The position numbers were made by a program, and so were the translations under genes. Source: Chiloscyllium plagiosum (Eukaryota). From it: DNA of 20,000 bases. The notes below the pieces were generated by a model, which had not been told where the DNA came from, ran no database searches, and saw only the letters and a program-made list of their open reading frames with translations. Below are positions 19,696 through 20,000 of this stretch, piece after piece; position 1 is the stretch's first letter, and the number at the start of each line of letters is the position of its first letter. The stretch lies in assembly GCF_004010195.1 (NCBI RefSeq), contig NC_057757.1, forward strand, positions 8,398,262 through 8,418,261, written 5' to 3'.

Positions 19696-20000
19696 CCCCT
19701 GCAGAAATCCTGGAACTGCCCCAACTCTCCCATTTACCAACCCAGCAGAAATCCTGGGACTGCACCAACTCTCCCATTTACCAACCCTGCAGAAATCCTG
19801 GAACTGCCCCAACTCTCCCATTTACCAACCCAGCAGAAATCCTGGAACTGCCCCAACTCTCCCATTTACCAACCCTGCAGAGATCCTGGGACTGCACCAA
19901 CTCTCCCATTTACCAACCCTGCAGAAATCCTGGAACTGCCCCAACTCTCCCATTTACCAACCCAGCAGAAATCCTGGAACTGCACCAACTCTCCCATTTA
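19696..20000. repeat. 44-bp minisatellite, about 7 copies, running off the window
   Basis: gcaga[a/g]atcc occurs at 19701, 19745, 19789, 19833, 19877, 19921 and 19965. Confidence 0.95.

Noticed and set aside
19696..20000. Regular repeats as a CRISPR array (also 8948-9353 and 2155-2346)
   Set aside because: These are head-to-tail units with no unique spacers and no cas genes, in a vertebrate context.

Overview
Repeat-rich vertebrate DNA. The V-SINE/HE1-type SINEs, CR1 LINEs and Penelope-type elements point to a cartilaginous fish, probably a shark (inference). I found no intact host protein-coding gene. The centrepiece is a 4.7-kb, internally deleted class I (gamma/epsilon-like) endogenous retrovirus at 3194-7872. 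It has two 554-bp LTRs, a CAAG target-site duplication, a tRNA-Pro-like PBS, a PPT, a Gag lacking matrix, and an MLV-type UAG readthrough pseudoknot. Protease is joined directly to integrase (RT/RNase H missing), and integrase is joined to the 3' half of env. A diverged duplicate of its 3' junction follows an assembly gap (8331-8951). Two unrelated solo LTRs carry their own 4-bp TSDs (2445-3038, 17607-18298). A TSD-bounded, 5'-truncated Penelope element with a nested CR1 (13801-16349) splits a promoter-like region. The window also has several Penelope pLTR fragments with minimal hammerhead-like cores, a decayed tRNA-Gly gene, a 66-bp YY1/GC-box tandem array, minisatellites (one with a fold-back inversion) and an 808-bp segment bounded by 27-bp inverted repeats. 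There are two N gaps (7998-8330, about 14929-15679). All family assignments are by eye, without database searches.
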